Of a stretch of DNA of 64,000 nucleotides, positions 1 through 14,400 are shown in pieces. Origin of the DNA: the human T2T-CHM13v2.0 reference genome, Homo sapiens; assembly GCF_009914755.1 (NCBI RefSeq), contig NC_060930.1. One strand, given 5' to 3'. Both the position numbers and the translations under genes were made by a program. Every line of letters starts with the position of its first letter. Positions within the stretch are counted from its first letter, which is position 1. The notes below the pieces were generated by a model. That model was not told the origin of the DNA, searched no databases, and saw nothing but the letters and a program-made list of their open reading frames with translations.

Positions 1-42
1 CCAAGGTGGAGAGACTTCATCCAGTTTTTTTGTTGGTTTCAG

Positions 43-90
43 GGACCTCCAGCCAAGTTTGTTGCTGACCAACTTGCCGGGTCGTCTTGA
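43..90 (+). CDS. OPRM1: OPRM1 alternative terminal exon 5c coding segment (MOR-1B3 tail GPPAKFVADQLAGSS*)
   Basis: Pyrimidine tract and acceptor ttttttgttggtttcag|GGA; phase-0 translation GPPAKFVADQLAGSS-TGA matches the hMOR-1B3 C-terminus as I recall it. Confidence 0.88.
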   Translation, partial: GPPAKFVADQLAGSS

Positions 91-309
91 AAAGGGGGCT
101 TACAGGTGTTCCAAGCCCGTGTTTTATCCTGAAGTATCCCTCAACACAGAAAAACGACCTCATAACACAAAATACACCAGCTTAAAAATAGCCTTTGAAT
201 TATTTTTCACATTAATCAAAACTTTACAGAGGAGATAAACACTGATTTTTTATTTTATTTTATTTTATTTTATTTTATTTTATTGCCATTCATTCAACCG
301 TTTGCACAG

Positions 310-339
310 AGAGAAAGAAGACAGAAATCTGACTGGTAA
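310..339 (+). CDS. OPRM1: OPRM1 alternative terminal exon 5b coding segment (MOR-1B2 tail RERRQKSDW*)
   Basis: Acceptor tttgcacag|AGA; translation RERRQKSDW-TAA matches the recalled hMOR-1B2 C-terminus. Confidence 0.88.
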   Translation, partial: RERRQKSDW

Positions 340-2051
340 GAAATTGTTACCCTTTTGCCAGCATGCCAGGCTTCTGGGTTCCCTTTCCCTGAGCGGCCCT
401 AGTGATCCGGCTTGCGGCACCATCGCCTACGGGCCAAGCTGCATCATAAAGGAAATTTTTTTTTTTCATTCTGGCCAGAGCAAAACACATGTGATAAAAC
501 ATAGGCATTAGCTACTCTGCTTAGCACCAAATATCAGACTAGCTTAAATTTGCCCCCAGATGGGTTCCATCATCTTTAATCCGACCTCTGACTTGCAGTT
601 TCAACACGTGCTCTCTGGGCAAAACAGTTGCCCTGAGTAACAGAAAAGATAGGAAAGGAAAAGGAGAGAGAGAAAAACGTGCCAGTGGAAGGGTGGGGAA
701 GGTGAAATGATCAAGGAGGCCAGAGAAAGACTCACCTATTGCAGCAACACTGTAGAAGTTCAGGCAGCTGCTTCTCGGTAGCAAAAGGATCTTTTCCAGC
801 AATCCTATTAGCTCTCAAGTTTCCCCTTTTAGGGAGGAAAAAGCTCCCCATGTCCCGCGATCCTGTACATGTCCAACCCTGCCATCCACAGCCATCAGCA
901 AAGAGTGCAAGACAGATTAATCCAAAGAGAATAGCAATTAATATCCCATAGCATCAAAGCTGTTCTTAGCCAAGAGGGACTTTAACGAGAGGGGTCTCTA
1001 ACACCCTAAATCTTAGAAGAGACTCTAACCATCCTAAGTAGGGCCTCTAACCCCGCTTTATAAACTTTTAATTGACTCCCATCTTAACAGTTGCAATCCA
1101 TGGAGGAATGCTTGATAACCTCGGTGATAAGATAAAAAACCAAGCATACTAGAAGTGTTCTCTAAAATTAAAAATACAGTAGTTACTAGAGAAAAATTTT
1201 AGTCCAAAAATCCAACTATAGAAACATAGAATGTGAGAGGTAGCACATAAGAAATAAGTCATGGGGATTTTATTTCATGGACCAGCAATATGATGATAAA
1301 AGCCATCTAACCTGTTGGAATTATAGGTCACATCAAGAGAATTCTAGTGTCTAGAACCAAAGAAATGTTAGCCTCACTCTAATAGACAATACACTTCAGG
1401 AACGAAATAAGCAAATTAGATTGTGTTCAGAGATGAATAACCAAGATGGCAGAGGGAATTAAAATAATTGCTCATGATTACCCTGGGAAATAGAAGGCTT
1501 AGAAAGGACAACACAGTTTCTTCATATGCTTAAAGCAATGTGAATAGGGAATTGGACTCAACCAACATAGCCCGACTTATTAAAGCCAATGGGTAGAGGT
1601 TACAGAGAAAGCTATTCCAGTACAACCAAACAAAAAAAATAAAATGTAAGCCACTTTCTTGAGACATGATTGACTTACAAAAAGATGTATGTATTTAATG
1701 TATACAACTTGATGAGTTTAGAATTTTCTAAGCTGTGAGTTATAGAGATTTTCTTGTTACTGGAAGTCTAATATTCAAACATCAGCATTTTGCCTACATG
1801 AAAAGGACACTGAGATAATTCAGATGTTAAGATTTGATGATTAGGGAATCAGAGGGAATGACCCTTTGAATAAGGTTTTCAGTTTTCACACGCTCTACCA
1901 GCTTCTTGTAGAACACTACTAAAGTGAAATGCTAATGGTGGTCCGTGAATGAGAAGCTCTATAGACAAGTGTTAGGAAATGTGGCCTACCTTATTTTGGT
2001 CATGGGGACTGATAATATGTATAAGCATTTAAAAGGCTGTGAAAAGCCCTA

Positions 2052-2052
2052 C

Positions 2053-2124
<72 letters not shown>
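2052..2124 (+). repeat. Compound (CT)n(GT)n microsatellite
   Basis: Directly visible. Confidence 0.97.
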
Positions 2125-2126
<2 letters not shown>

Positions 2127-2646
2127 GCATACATACACATTTCATTTTCTAAGCCAAAGTTCAGTTCTCCAGTTCATCTGAGCTCAGGCCCAGTTTTTCA
2201 AGGGACACCTTATAACATCTCACAGAATAAAGGTTTCACTAAGCAATGTTTAAAAGCCACTGTAGATCATCAGTCCCAGTTAGGCATGAATCTATTCAAA
2301 ATTCAATGTTTCACTGGAATAATTGGCAAGGTCTCATAATTCTAGGCATTAATCAGAATCCTAAAATTGATTGTTGAACTCTTATTCTTACTCATTTAAA
2401 ATATATGCTCTAAATACTTCAGTATACAAAAAGACATTAAAATTTCCTATCTCTGAAAATAGAGCAGGGTTTTCCCTTTTGTTTTATTTGGGTTTTCACT
2501 TTTGTTTTACTTTGTTTTCTGGTGATATTACAAGAAAAAAATCTATGTAGCTTTGGGGTATAAATCATTGAATTAAACTATACATTGCTAAGAATAAGCA
2601 TTATAATTGGTACATTGTTCTGTTTTTGAATGAAATATCTTTGCAG

Positions 2647-2703
2647 AAAATAGATTTATTTCAAAAGTCATCTTTACTCAACTGTGAGCATACCAAGGGC
2701 TAA
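2647..2703 (+). CDS. OPRM1: OPRM1 alternative terminal exon 5a coding segment (MOR-1B1 tail KIDLFQKSSLLNCEHTKG*)
   Basis: Acceptor atatctttgcag|AAA; translation KIDLF...HTKG-TAA; KIDLF is the MOR-1B tail start shared with rodents. Confidence 0.92.
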   Translation, partial: KIDLFQKSSLLNCEHTKG

Positions 2704-2898
2704 TAATTACAATATTTTCCCGTGAAAGAATATAAGATTGGAAGCCAGAGAGCCTGGGTTCTGCTGCTAGCCCTAATGGAGACCATTTGTGTGAGTTTTT
2801 CATCCCATGGCTTAAGGGTTGCTTATGGTTGCTTAAGGGATCCCTTCACAAGCAGGAGTTTCCGAGCTCTTTTGACTGCTCAAGAATTAGGACTCATT

Positions 2899-3273
<375 letters not shown>

Positions 3274-3282
3274 TTAGTGGAC

Positions 3283-3288
3283 AATAAA
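3283..3288 (+). terminator. OPRM1: Candidate poly(A) signal for exon-5 (MOR-1B) transcripts
   Basis: AATAAA followed ~15-30 nt later by U/GU-rich ctttctcttgtg; further AATAAA near 3607 and 3751. Confidence 0.4.
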
Positions 3289-4021
3289 TGTAATGACCAA
3301 CGCTTTCTCTTGTGAAAGAAAGATGTATTATATTGGACAAAATAAGTCCATATTCACAGCAGAAGAAAGCATATGGCAGATCAAGTCTGGATCTTTTGAA
3401 CTACCAGATTATTCTACCTCTCCTTGAATTCTTCTTTGCTGAAGTCGGAGCCCTTGTACTATAGATTCCATATGTCTGATTCAGGCAATGGAGCTTGGAA
3501 GAGGGGATGAGTTTCCTATTATTATTATTTAGGTACATGGAGATCTTTGCCTATGAGTCATCAGCTCCCAAGGTTTTCTGTATGGCTCTGTTTTTATGAT
3601 TTCTGTAATAAATGAGATTTTGAAGCCTATTTCTGGCTCAAACTCTGATTGGCTTCAAAAGTACCCAAGCCTGTTATTGCCTTCAATTGTAACTTTGAAT
3701 GGCATCACAAAGAGAAAAGAAAAAAATTGAGGTGGAGGAGAGTGGCCACAAAATAAAAATATTAAACCAACTTTCCTCCTCCAATGCACCTGGGCACACC
3801 ACTTCACCTCTCAAGGTTATGTTTGCTTCCATAGATTGACAAGGTTGAAAAGACAATCTCTTCAATTTTCTTTAGTTCCAAAAGTGCAGGAAATACACAC
3901 CAACCTTTGCGTGGATAAAGATTAAAAGTGCCTTAAATCAGCTTCCATTTGAACCTTAAAAGCTTTTCAAACATTTAATTTTTTTAAACAGGACCAAAAA
4001 TAGCCCAAGGGTATTTGCTAG

Positions 4022-4358
<337 letters not shown>

Positions 4359-7300
4359 AAAAACTATAGTTTAAAAAATTGTTGACAAAAATAGAAAACC
4401 GACAGCAGAGAGTTGTGTTACATCTATGTATCTAACATATGTGTCTAAGTATGGTATCTAATGTCAAATGTCAAATCTACTAACTGTACTGTGGTTATCA
4501 TCAGAAAAGAAACCCAGCTTTAGAAAATGGTAGGAAGTTCCAAAACTGCAAAGGAGATATCTTAGCAAGCAAGTAGCTTGGCTTTTCACAATTTTATGGG
4601 TGCTAGAAATAGCATGACTCAGTGGACCAGAGAAAACCACTTATTACTCACAGCACAGTAAACAGCACAAGTATCAGCATGCTAATGCCAGTTCCTTTGC
4701 CTTTATGTCTTGTGATGTGACACCATGAACCCAAATTGCTGCTACACATACAATGAGTTGCACAGCAGCTGAGGAGTTCAGAGATATGGGTTCAGTGTCT
4801 TTTGTAGCAAGCAGTAAACAAATCAATCCTCCTTCCCCAGGAGCCAGAGTCTCAAAATGCCGTGGTCCTCATGTGGTCAGGCAGTGAAGGTTGTTAATTG
4901 ACTATGACTAGCTGTAGAAAGAAATCAGGGTGAGAAGATGATTAGATCTTGCAGTTCAGCTCAGTCAGTAAGAATGGGCAGGGTTGTTCAGTGGACTGCC
5001 TCTCCCAATAATTCACATTCAACCTAGAATATTCTTGGCTGAACTTAAATTTTTATACGATTATGCCACCCTATCAGCAACTTGAATTAGACATATTGAC
5101 AAGGACTAGGACCAAATCTGTTTCCACTTATTTCAGTCAATACTGGATTAGGGCTATTGTCAGCAGAATCCCATCCACAGGATTAGGTCAGTCTGCAGTA
5201 TTGACCTCCACCATGCACTCCAGGATCCCCGACCCAATTAAATAAGTCACAGAGAAGACTAATAGGTCAAATTTCAGATAAGCACCTAGCTTCCTTTCTT
5301 ATGGTATGCATGGATTGCTCCACCATACCGTGGATATTAATCCAAACAAAACAGGAACAGTTGGCTACCATACAAATTCTCCTCCATTCAGCCAGACTGT
5401 AGTCTAAGGCCAATCAATGACCCATTTACAATCAGGGAGCTAAGACTGACCTGCTGATCTTCTATGGTTTGTTCTGTCTCATTGGCTAGGGTAGCTAAAC
5501 TTAAGAATAGGTTCCTGGCCTGTCTCTAAAATGTGGACTCTGATGCTGGGGAACAGTACTCACACTGCTGTATGGAAATAGAAAACCATGTATCCCTCAG
5601 GCAGGACAGCCCTCTTTACCTAGGGGACTAACAAAGGAAATAAAATCCAAAGAGTGGCGCCATTGCCAATTATTGCAAGGACTCAAAGATGAACCAAATA
5701 GCAACCTCCACATGCTCCAGTGGATGGATATCCTCTGGGCCACTCTCTCCCACATATGAACATATAACTTGATTTGGATCACCATGACCTTGGTTTGGTT
5801 AAGCTCTATGGGCAGGGTCGCCAAGTACTTGTCACCTGGACAGCCCTCCATAGCATGACTCAAGGGCACTCAGTGTCAGGAGAAGCACATGAATCAGTAT
5901 GAGCTGTCTGAGTGATTGTGCAGGTAAAAAGGGTGATTAATTTTGGGGAGCTGACTTTGATACACCAGGCACAGTAGAATAATTCTGGACCAAGCAGGCC
6001 AACAGGAGATTTTCTGATCCCACAGCACACGGATGAGGATGATAAATCCAGCTGATAAATCCAGCAGTGTTACGGGTTGGCAATCAGAGCTGCTGCTTGT
6101 CTCTGATGGACCATGTGATTATTTTGCCAAGTGAGAGGCTGGGATTCAGAGACAAAAAGATCATTCATTATTCCCTCCTCTGAGCACCTCCAGGGTCTAA
6201 GGTGTTCTTTCCCCAATGAAGTGGCGAGTGGTGCCAGGGAAGCAGTGAGTCCAGGATGCCAAGGGGTACCTCCAGGTGGAGACTGTTTCCCTTTCCAGAA
6301 GCCTGGAGTTGAAAAGGGCCCCCTAGGTGGTCTGCTGCAACAGCCTGCTACACTGACCCACGTGTCACCTGCAGCTTAGGTCCCCAGTCATATATGGCAG
6401 ACTTTCTAATCAACTTGTACATAGGACTCAACAAGAGGCATGCATAGATAAGGCACGTATTGTCTCTAAGATCTAAATAGTCCAATTAAGTGCCAGGCTT
6501 CCTTTCTCTTAGGAGAGCCATAGAGCAAAGAATATTTTCTTTACCGTCTAGGATCAACTTTTGAGTCTTAGTCCACATCATTTTGGAGATACTGACTTGG
6601 GTGGCTGGTCCTGTATCTTATCAGAATTAAGAGCCTTTCTGGGACTTCATGTGATTTAGCATTGGCTAATTTTATTAAGGCCTTTCAATAGAATATCATC
6701 AATACAGTAAGCCCAATTTCTCTGCAGAAAAAAAAAAGAGAGAAAGAGAAAGAGAGAGAGGCTTGTCCTGTGTTTTGACCCACCTATTGGCGATAAATAA
6801 CAGGGAAATTCACGTAGTACTGCAACAGCCCAGTAAACATGTTTTGGAGGGTCAGCCAGGGAAGGGGTCTTAATCTTTGGGTGCAAAAGGGATTGAGAAA
6901 AATACATGGCCAAAATCAAAAATGGCACACCAGGTGCTATCACAGGGAATTGATTCATTTACAGTCACAATGTCTGTAACAGCCAGGACTATAATACCAA
7001 CTAAATTCAGTTGGCATGATCTAACACAAGCCTCCAGATTCCCATTAGTTTTTTTTTTCACTGACCATACAAGGCTGCTACATTGAGATATTACATTTTT
7101 CATTAGTCCCATTGTATTTAAGTCCTTGGTCAAGGTTGTGGTTTCCTTTTCTCCTTCTGGAATTCTAATTAAAAAAAAAAAAACAAAAAACTTGAAGAGA
7201 ACCAAAGCCAAGTTGTGATCAGTTGTGCATGCATCCTTCTATCCCTCTCTACAAATGGCTCTTCCAATCAAAAAAATCTCTCTTGTACATCATGAACATT

Positions 7301-7523
7301 TACAGAACAAGAATGTAAATTATCAATACCAATTACACATTCAGCCCTGGGAGCCGCAAAAGTAGTAGATAACAGGGCTCTAAACAGCTCTGCCCAGTGG
7401 ATACAGTTACTTCCTTTCCTATTTTTTTGGTATCAAATCTGGGTAATTAAATGTGTGGTCCTTACAAGAGAAGGACCTCGGAGAACCTAGTGCAGTCCCT
7501 CAGGAGAACCTAGTACTTAGTCA

Positions 7524-8111
<588 letters not shown>

Positions 8112-8597
8112 TCATCTGTGTAAACAACTAACTGCCTCCCTAGGGCCCACCGTCGCTAGATATCTGGACTGAGTTTCTTTGGCGATCATCCGATCATTCC
8201 CTTCTTTGGGAGCTCCTGTTTAGTAGGCATGCCCACATTGCCTTATGATCAGGTCCCTTTGGAGGGGCTTGGTTTTTCTCATCCTGGGCTTTGTTTTGGA
8301 TTGCAGAGACCTTACCTGGTTTAGGGAGTGGTGTCTTTATCCTAGACATCTAGAGGCCCTAAATCAGCACAGCTGCCAGTACAGGATCTCCCGGCAAGAA
8401 AAGTAGTGGAGTCCTCAACCTTGGAGGGAGAAACTCAATCTTAAAAATGCACTGGTCGTGCTCTGGGTGAGGGTTCATCATCAAAGCTGTCATTCTGTCC
8501 AGGACAGAACAAGTCTAGGGCAGCTTCAGCCCTCAGGCTTTAAATAGCTTCCTCCATGGGGTTTCATGAGATTTTATTGACTTAAGAAAATCTTCTT

Positions 8598-8878
8598 CAG
8601 TTGGGCGTGGTGCCTCATGCCTGTAATCCCACCATTTTGAAGGCCGAGGCAAGTAGATCACTTGAGGTCAAGAGCTCCAGACCAGCCTGGCCAACATGGG
8701 AAACCCCATCTCTACTAAAAGTACAAAAATTAGCTGGGCGTGGTGGCACATGCTTGTAATTCCAGCTACTCAGGAGGCTGAGGCATAAGAATTGCTTGAA
8801 TCTGGGAGGTGGAGGTTGCAGTCAGGCAACATCATGCCACTGCACTCTAGCCTGGGTGACAGAACGAGACTCTGCCTC

Positions 8879-8908
<30 letters not shown>
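8598..8908 (+). mobile_element. AluS inserted in the provirus
   Basis: Alu consensus; TSD aagaaaa(a)tcttctt on both sides. Confidence 0.93.
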
Positions 8909-8915
<7 letters not shown>

Positions 8916-10151
8916 TCTTCTTGGATTTACCATAATGTAGTCACTAAAACAGAAATCCAGGGTAGCAAACCTTATTGTGGGACATGATTCTATCTCAATG
9001 ACATAATTTGCACAGTGTTTTAAAGTATAAGGTCCCACATGAGACAGCCTTGGTTCTGCATGCTCTAAGGCATAACCTTTCTTACTCCTTCATTACACCA
9101 ATGCAGCAGCCAAGTGTCGAACAGCCCCTCTGTCTGCTGATCCAAGCACCCCTGGACTTCTTTCCTTTCTCTCTCCCCTTGGATCTGCATCTTGGTACTC
9201 TCTGTGGGAATGCATTGCCCTTCAGGTGTATACATTTGTAACTTACAACTTGACACCGTTGTGCTTTCCTCCCTAATGGAACCCAGAATGTTCTCTCCAT
9301 CCTCCACCCCACAGATGAGCAAACAGAAACCATGGCAGCTTCTTGGATTTTATCCCTCACCTTTCAACCTCCATCTATTGACTCAACTCTTGTTCATCAA
9401 CAGGTAGGACAGAGGTGGACCACTCGCTGCCCACCTTCTGCACCATTTGGGCCAGAATATTTGCTACCAGACCCAGGGAGTTCACAAATGTCCCTGAATC
9501 CAGCTTATGAGTTCTTGCCTTTTTATTCTTCCAAAAAGTTGTTGTCTGTCTTGGCACCCTGCACTTTGTGCCACTTTGAGAAGAATTTCAACCTCTTAGA
9601 AGATGGCAAGAAGTAATAGAATTCCAAAAGAGATGACTAAGCAAGCAAGTAGGTTGCTTTGCCACAACTCTATAGGTGCCAAAATTAGACAAAAGACCCA
9701 GGCAATTGACTACTCACAGCACAGCAAACAGCAGAAGCTTTAGCATAATAGTGCCAGTTCCCCTACTCCCAAATCCCACAAGGCAATACGATGGGACCAG
9801 ACTGCAGTACACACACAGTGGGTCGTATCACAGTTGAGGAACCCAGAGCTTAAGTCTCAGCACCTGGGGGAGCAATAAACAAACCTCCCCTACGATCAAG
9901 CAGCCACATCATGGTCAGTGCTGTGCTCGCCTGTGCTTTCTTAATTGCCTGTGTGACCAGCTACAGAAATGATCAGAGTCAGAGGACAGTTAGACCTTGT
10001 AATTTGTCAGGGTCAGCAAGGGTGTGCAGGGACACTCCTGGCCATGATGGACTGCCTCTCCCTAAAGTGAGAATGACCTAATCTGTTCTTTATTCTTAGA
10101 AAAAATGTACTGAGATATTTAAGGGTAAAGCATCAAATGGCTTAAAAAGAT

Positions 10152-10152
<1 letters not shown>

Positions 10153-10196
<44 letters not shown>
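10153..10196 (+). repeat. (GT)n microsatellite ~800 bp upstream of exon 4
   Basis: Directly visible. Confidence 0.97.
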
Positions 10197-10199
<3 letters not shown>

Positions 10200-10990
10200 A
10201 GAGAGAAAAAAAGAGAGAAAAAGCAGATGGCAAAGCACATGGATAAAGCACATTTACTAAAATAAAATTTTAAAAAAATGATCTTTTACCCTTTTACGCT
10301 TCCTATACAAACATCTCCTTTTCTCCTTAGCAGTATTATAATGAATGATAGCAGCAATTATTTGTTAATTACAAAACTTATTCTGTTTCCACAGTCCTCT
10401 TTTCTTACCTGAAAATAGCAGGCCACATTTCCATGTGTCTGAGCAAATGTTATTGTTCAACACATATGCCAGCTTTACAGTGGGGATCAGGTAGGGTGTA
10501 TACTTCAAATCAGTTACAGGAAAAAAATCATTAATTTTGAGAATTGGGTAAAAATAGAAATCTCTTTATCTGGAAATAAATAAGATCAGAAGTACTGAAA
10601 AAAACATCGTTTTTCTTTCAAAATTTTGATCAAGTCATAAATGATTTGAGGCTAAAGAGGGAGGAAGAGGGTAAAAAAAGGGGGAGAAAGAGTTTCAATT
10701 AAAATGTATTTTTTCAAGGAAATTATCAATAATCTCTCTATAATGACTAGTATACAGTTCTTTTCAGTAGCATACACAAATGAAGAGCATATTCATAATG
10801 AGCCAGAAGATTATTCATAATGTCTGAAGAGATTGATTAATGTCTTGACATTTAAGAAAAACTGAGGCTTGCAGGTGAAAGTATACATGAAGGTCTTCAA
10901 TGCAGTTCTTACGAGCAGAAGATGCTCAACAAATGTGTGTTGCAACCGTATCTGAAATGTTCACTGTCTTTGCTCTTTCTCTCCTTTCAG

Positions 10991-11029
10991 CTAGAAAATC
11001 TGGAAGCAGAAACTGCTCCGTTGCCCTAA
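10991..11029 (+). CDS. OPRM1: OPRM1 exon 4 coding segment (canonical MOR-1 C-terminus LENLEAETAPLP*)
   Basis: Strong acceptor tctttgctctttctctcctttcag|CTA; translation LENLEAETAPLP-TAA is the known mu-opioid receptor C-terminus. Confidence 0.98.
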   Translation, partial: LENLEAETAPLP

Positions 11030-11427
11030 CAGGGTCTCATGCCATTCCGACCTTCACCAAGCTTAGAAGCCACCATGTATGTGGAAGCAGGTTGCTTCAA
11101 GAATGTGTAGGAGGCTCTAATTCTCTAGGAAAGTGCCTGCTTTTAGGTCATCCAACCTCTTTCCTCTCTGGCCACTCTGCTCTGCACATTAGAGGGACAG
11201 CCAAAAGTAAGTGGAGCATTTGGAAGGAAAGGAATATACCACACCGAGGAGTCCAGTTTGTGCAAGACACCCAGTGGAACCAAAACCCATCGTGGTATGT
11301 GAATTGAAGTCATCATAAAAGGTGACCCTTCTGTCTGTAAGATTTTATTTTCAAGCAAATATTTATGACCTCAACAAAGAAGAACCATCTTTTGTTAAGT
11401 TCACCGTAGTAACACATAAAGTAAATG

Positions 11428-11434
11428 CTACCTC
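11428..11434 (+). promoter_or_regulatory. let-7 seed match (CTACCTC, 7mer-m8) at 3'UTR nt 399-405
   Basis: Exact seed complement; let-7 repression of MOR through the proximal 3'UTR is established. Confidence 0.8.
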
Positions 11435-14400
11435 TGATCAAAGCACCTTGAATGGAAGGTCCGAGTCTTTTTAGTGTTTTGCAAGGGAATGAATCCATTA
11501 TTCTATTTTAGACTTTTAACTTCACCTTAAAATTAGCATCTGGCTAAGGCATCATTTTCACCTCCATTTCTTGGTTTTGTATTGTTTAAAAAAATAACAT
11601 CTCTTTCATCTAGCTCCATAATTGCAAGGGAAGAGATTAGCATGAAAGGTAATCTGAAACACAGTCATGTGTCAGCTGTAGAAAGGTTGATTCTCATGCA
11701 CTGCAAATACTTCCAAAGAGTCATCATGGGGGATTTTTCATTCTTAGGCTTTCAGTGGTTTGTTCCTCAGTTTTAAATGTGCAATTTTCTTGCTCCTATT
11801 TAAGTGTTCACAAAAGGTAATAGTCAATGAGCTCATCACTTCATCCATGCAGGAAGTCAAGCATTAAAATGTACTCTTTATTTCTCACTGGTTTCTCCAT
11901 ACTGCAGGCTCCCCGCATATTATTTTCTTTTTTTAACTCAGCTCAGAATCCTTATGCCTTTTGAATCAGTGTGATAAAATGACAGATGTTTTTGTTGATT
12001 GCCAGAACAGTTTAAACTTTTTTTAAACAATAAATCCAATAAACATAATCTCAAGACAGACTCATATGACCATACAGAAAAGTGTGTCATCTATTTTTCA
12101 ATCCTGTGTAGTTACTTGGATGTGAAATATTAACAATGGCCCAAAAATATTTTCCTGAAGATTGTGTTTATATAATGTCATCACCAATATTTTGGTCTTT
12201 TTGATCTCTGCTAAATGTCAAGATTTCCTTTGTAAAGTGTCGATCTTCTAAGTAGTTTCTTTAAGACAATTCTCCGCTTTAACTGATTTTCTTTGTTGTG
12301 AAACACAGTAGAGATTTGGCAATCAACCATTTTACTTGATCTAGGTAGACAGCCAAGTCAGATGGCCCATGCCTAGAAGCTCTCCATTTTGAACTTTTGT
12401 CAGCATTGATTAAAAGAATCAAATACCTTGTAGTTATCTATGATGATACAAGTAAAAAACTAGGCTGCTGACTTCTGAGTATTCCTGAGTCTACAATTGT
12501 AAAATTGTAGACTCCATTGTAAAATTTGTATTTTTTCATCAATCTGACAAGGCACAAATATGTGCCAGATATACAAAAGCAATGTTTCTAGAAAACAGCT
12601 ATCATGGATCAGAATAACTGAATTTACTCTCAGATCTATTGGCTATAGTTATGTGGACTCAACCCACGTATCCAGTAGATGGGAAAAAACAAAAGCCAGA
12701 ATAAGTTTTTTAGTGTTTCCTTCTGATGAAGTTTCATGTTTGCTTGTAATAATCTCCATTTCTCAAATATTATGTTCCATAATAGACATACATTATGTTT
12801 AATTTTTTATATTTTCTGACAAAAGTAACTAAAACTAGGACCTTAAAAAGATTTAGAATGTTAAATAAGTGTACTAGGGTGTATATATTTACATATATAC
12901 ACTACTAGAGCTTCCAAAAGTAAAATGGATAATTCAAACAGAACACAATGTAATATTTGTATGTAAATAACTGAGGAGGAAAATCCATGCTTTTCATGGG
13001 CTAGGATGGTTTCTCCCAAGAGATGACATAGTATTGCTTTTGCTCATCAGGCTGTTTCTCAGCAATCATTGTTTCTGCTTAATACCAGCTCCTAGTACGA
13101 ATTATCTGGCATGTTGAGAGCAACTTTGTCTTCAAGTAGGACCTGATCTATCTTTTTCCACAAATGTCATGTGTGTGAACAAGTTTCTTCCATGTCATCT
13201 TTGAGACTCTACACAGAATACACAATAAAGGGAGTTATTTTTAAAATAAGACATTCTAAAGTAAATAATAAATAAGGTCATTGTCAACGTTTTTCATTCA
13301 AAACCATTTTTTAACATAAATTTGCTAGAACCACCTTCCAATTCCAAGGCAAGGAGAGACATTACAACCCTGACTCAACTGGATGGGCTAAGGTTTCTGA
13401 TAAAATCTGAAGATAAAGAAAATGGAATATTCTGCTTTTTTCTTCCTTCTAATTTCACCCTTGCCTAAGGATGAGATTTCTTCCCAGGTTGGTATCCCAG
13501 AAATGCAGACTGTAGCTATGGGGCGGAAGCTTTGTTTCTTTACCTGATCACTTGCTGTGGAAATTCTAGCTTATTGTGTTCCAAGTAGTTAGTGGTTTTT
13601 CTCCTTCAGTCTCCACTGTTATTTTGCTCCTTCATCCCTCTTTCCTTGCCAATCATTAGAAAGGAAAGAAGAGGAAAGAGACTCGCTGGAGCACTGGTGA
13701 GTCTCTAGGACCCTGCTATCCTATCCCAACAGGGCTGTCAGAAGGAGAACTCCTAATGTGGCCATTTGAAACACTTCTCAACATTGAAATAGACAGTTGA
13801 AGTTTTAAAATAACCTCTTCTAAGACACGGCTATGAGTAGGTAAGAGAGCATTCATTCCCTTCAATAATATGACTGTGTTGATAAAACTGATAACCATTC
13901 ACTTGCAAATGTTATTATTGAATAAGTCTCACTTAGCTCATTTAATATTACCCAAAAGATGCTAACAAATTCTGTTTCCCACATTGTCACAGCATGCCCT
14001 TTACATCTCAGGATCCAGGCAAAAGTTGAAATTCAGAAACATAGATATGAAATGTAAGATACAAAGAAAACACCTCTGCAAAGATTCCGACCACATTTAT
14101 CAAAAAGTCCCCAAAGCATTCAAAATCTTTACTTAAGTCAAGTCTATTTATACGTTTAAAAGCTAAAAACAAGATCTTTTTGGTAATGCTTCAATTAAAT
14201 GTTTTATCTAAATATGTGGAAATGATAAGATGCGTACTGCATCTCTCATATAATAAAGATAATCAGTTTTATACAGACATATTCTCCATCTACTGGCAAT
14301 TACCAAGATAAGATGGCACTAGAAATTTCTCCAGCTTACGCCATGAATACTGCAGAAGCTGATACTATCCGTTGTGGTTTTACAAATTCTAGAGGGTTCT

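Larger units (their letters stand above)
1..1055 (-). mobile_element. ERV1 (MER4/HUERS-P/MER61-group) internal leader fragment, antisense to OPRM1
   Basis: Stretches such as gccagcatgccaggcttctgggttccctttccctgagcggccctagtga and cagccatcagcaaagagtgcaagacagattaatccaaagagaatagc resemble MER4-group internal consensus; exact family uncertain. Confidence 0.55.

Noticed and set aside
5321-5419. Possible domesticated env (syncytin-like) gene
   Set aside because: In-frame stop in the ISD, degenerate CX6CC motif and no long env ORF
10900-10990. ATG-initiated ORF starting upstream of exon 4
   Set aside because: The start lies in the intron and the ORF runs through the polypyrimidine tract; only the downstream open frame is kept as a hypothesis
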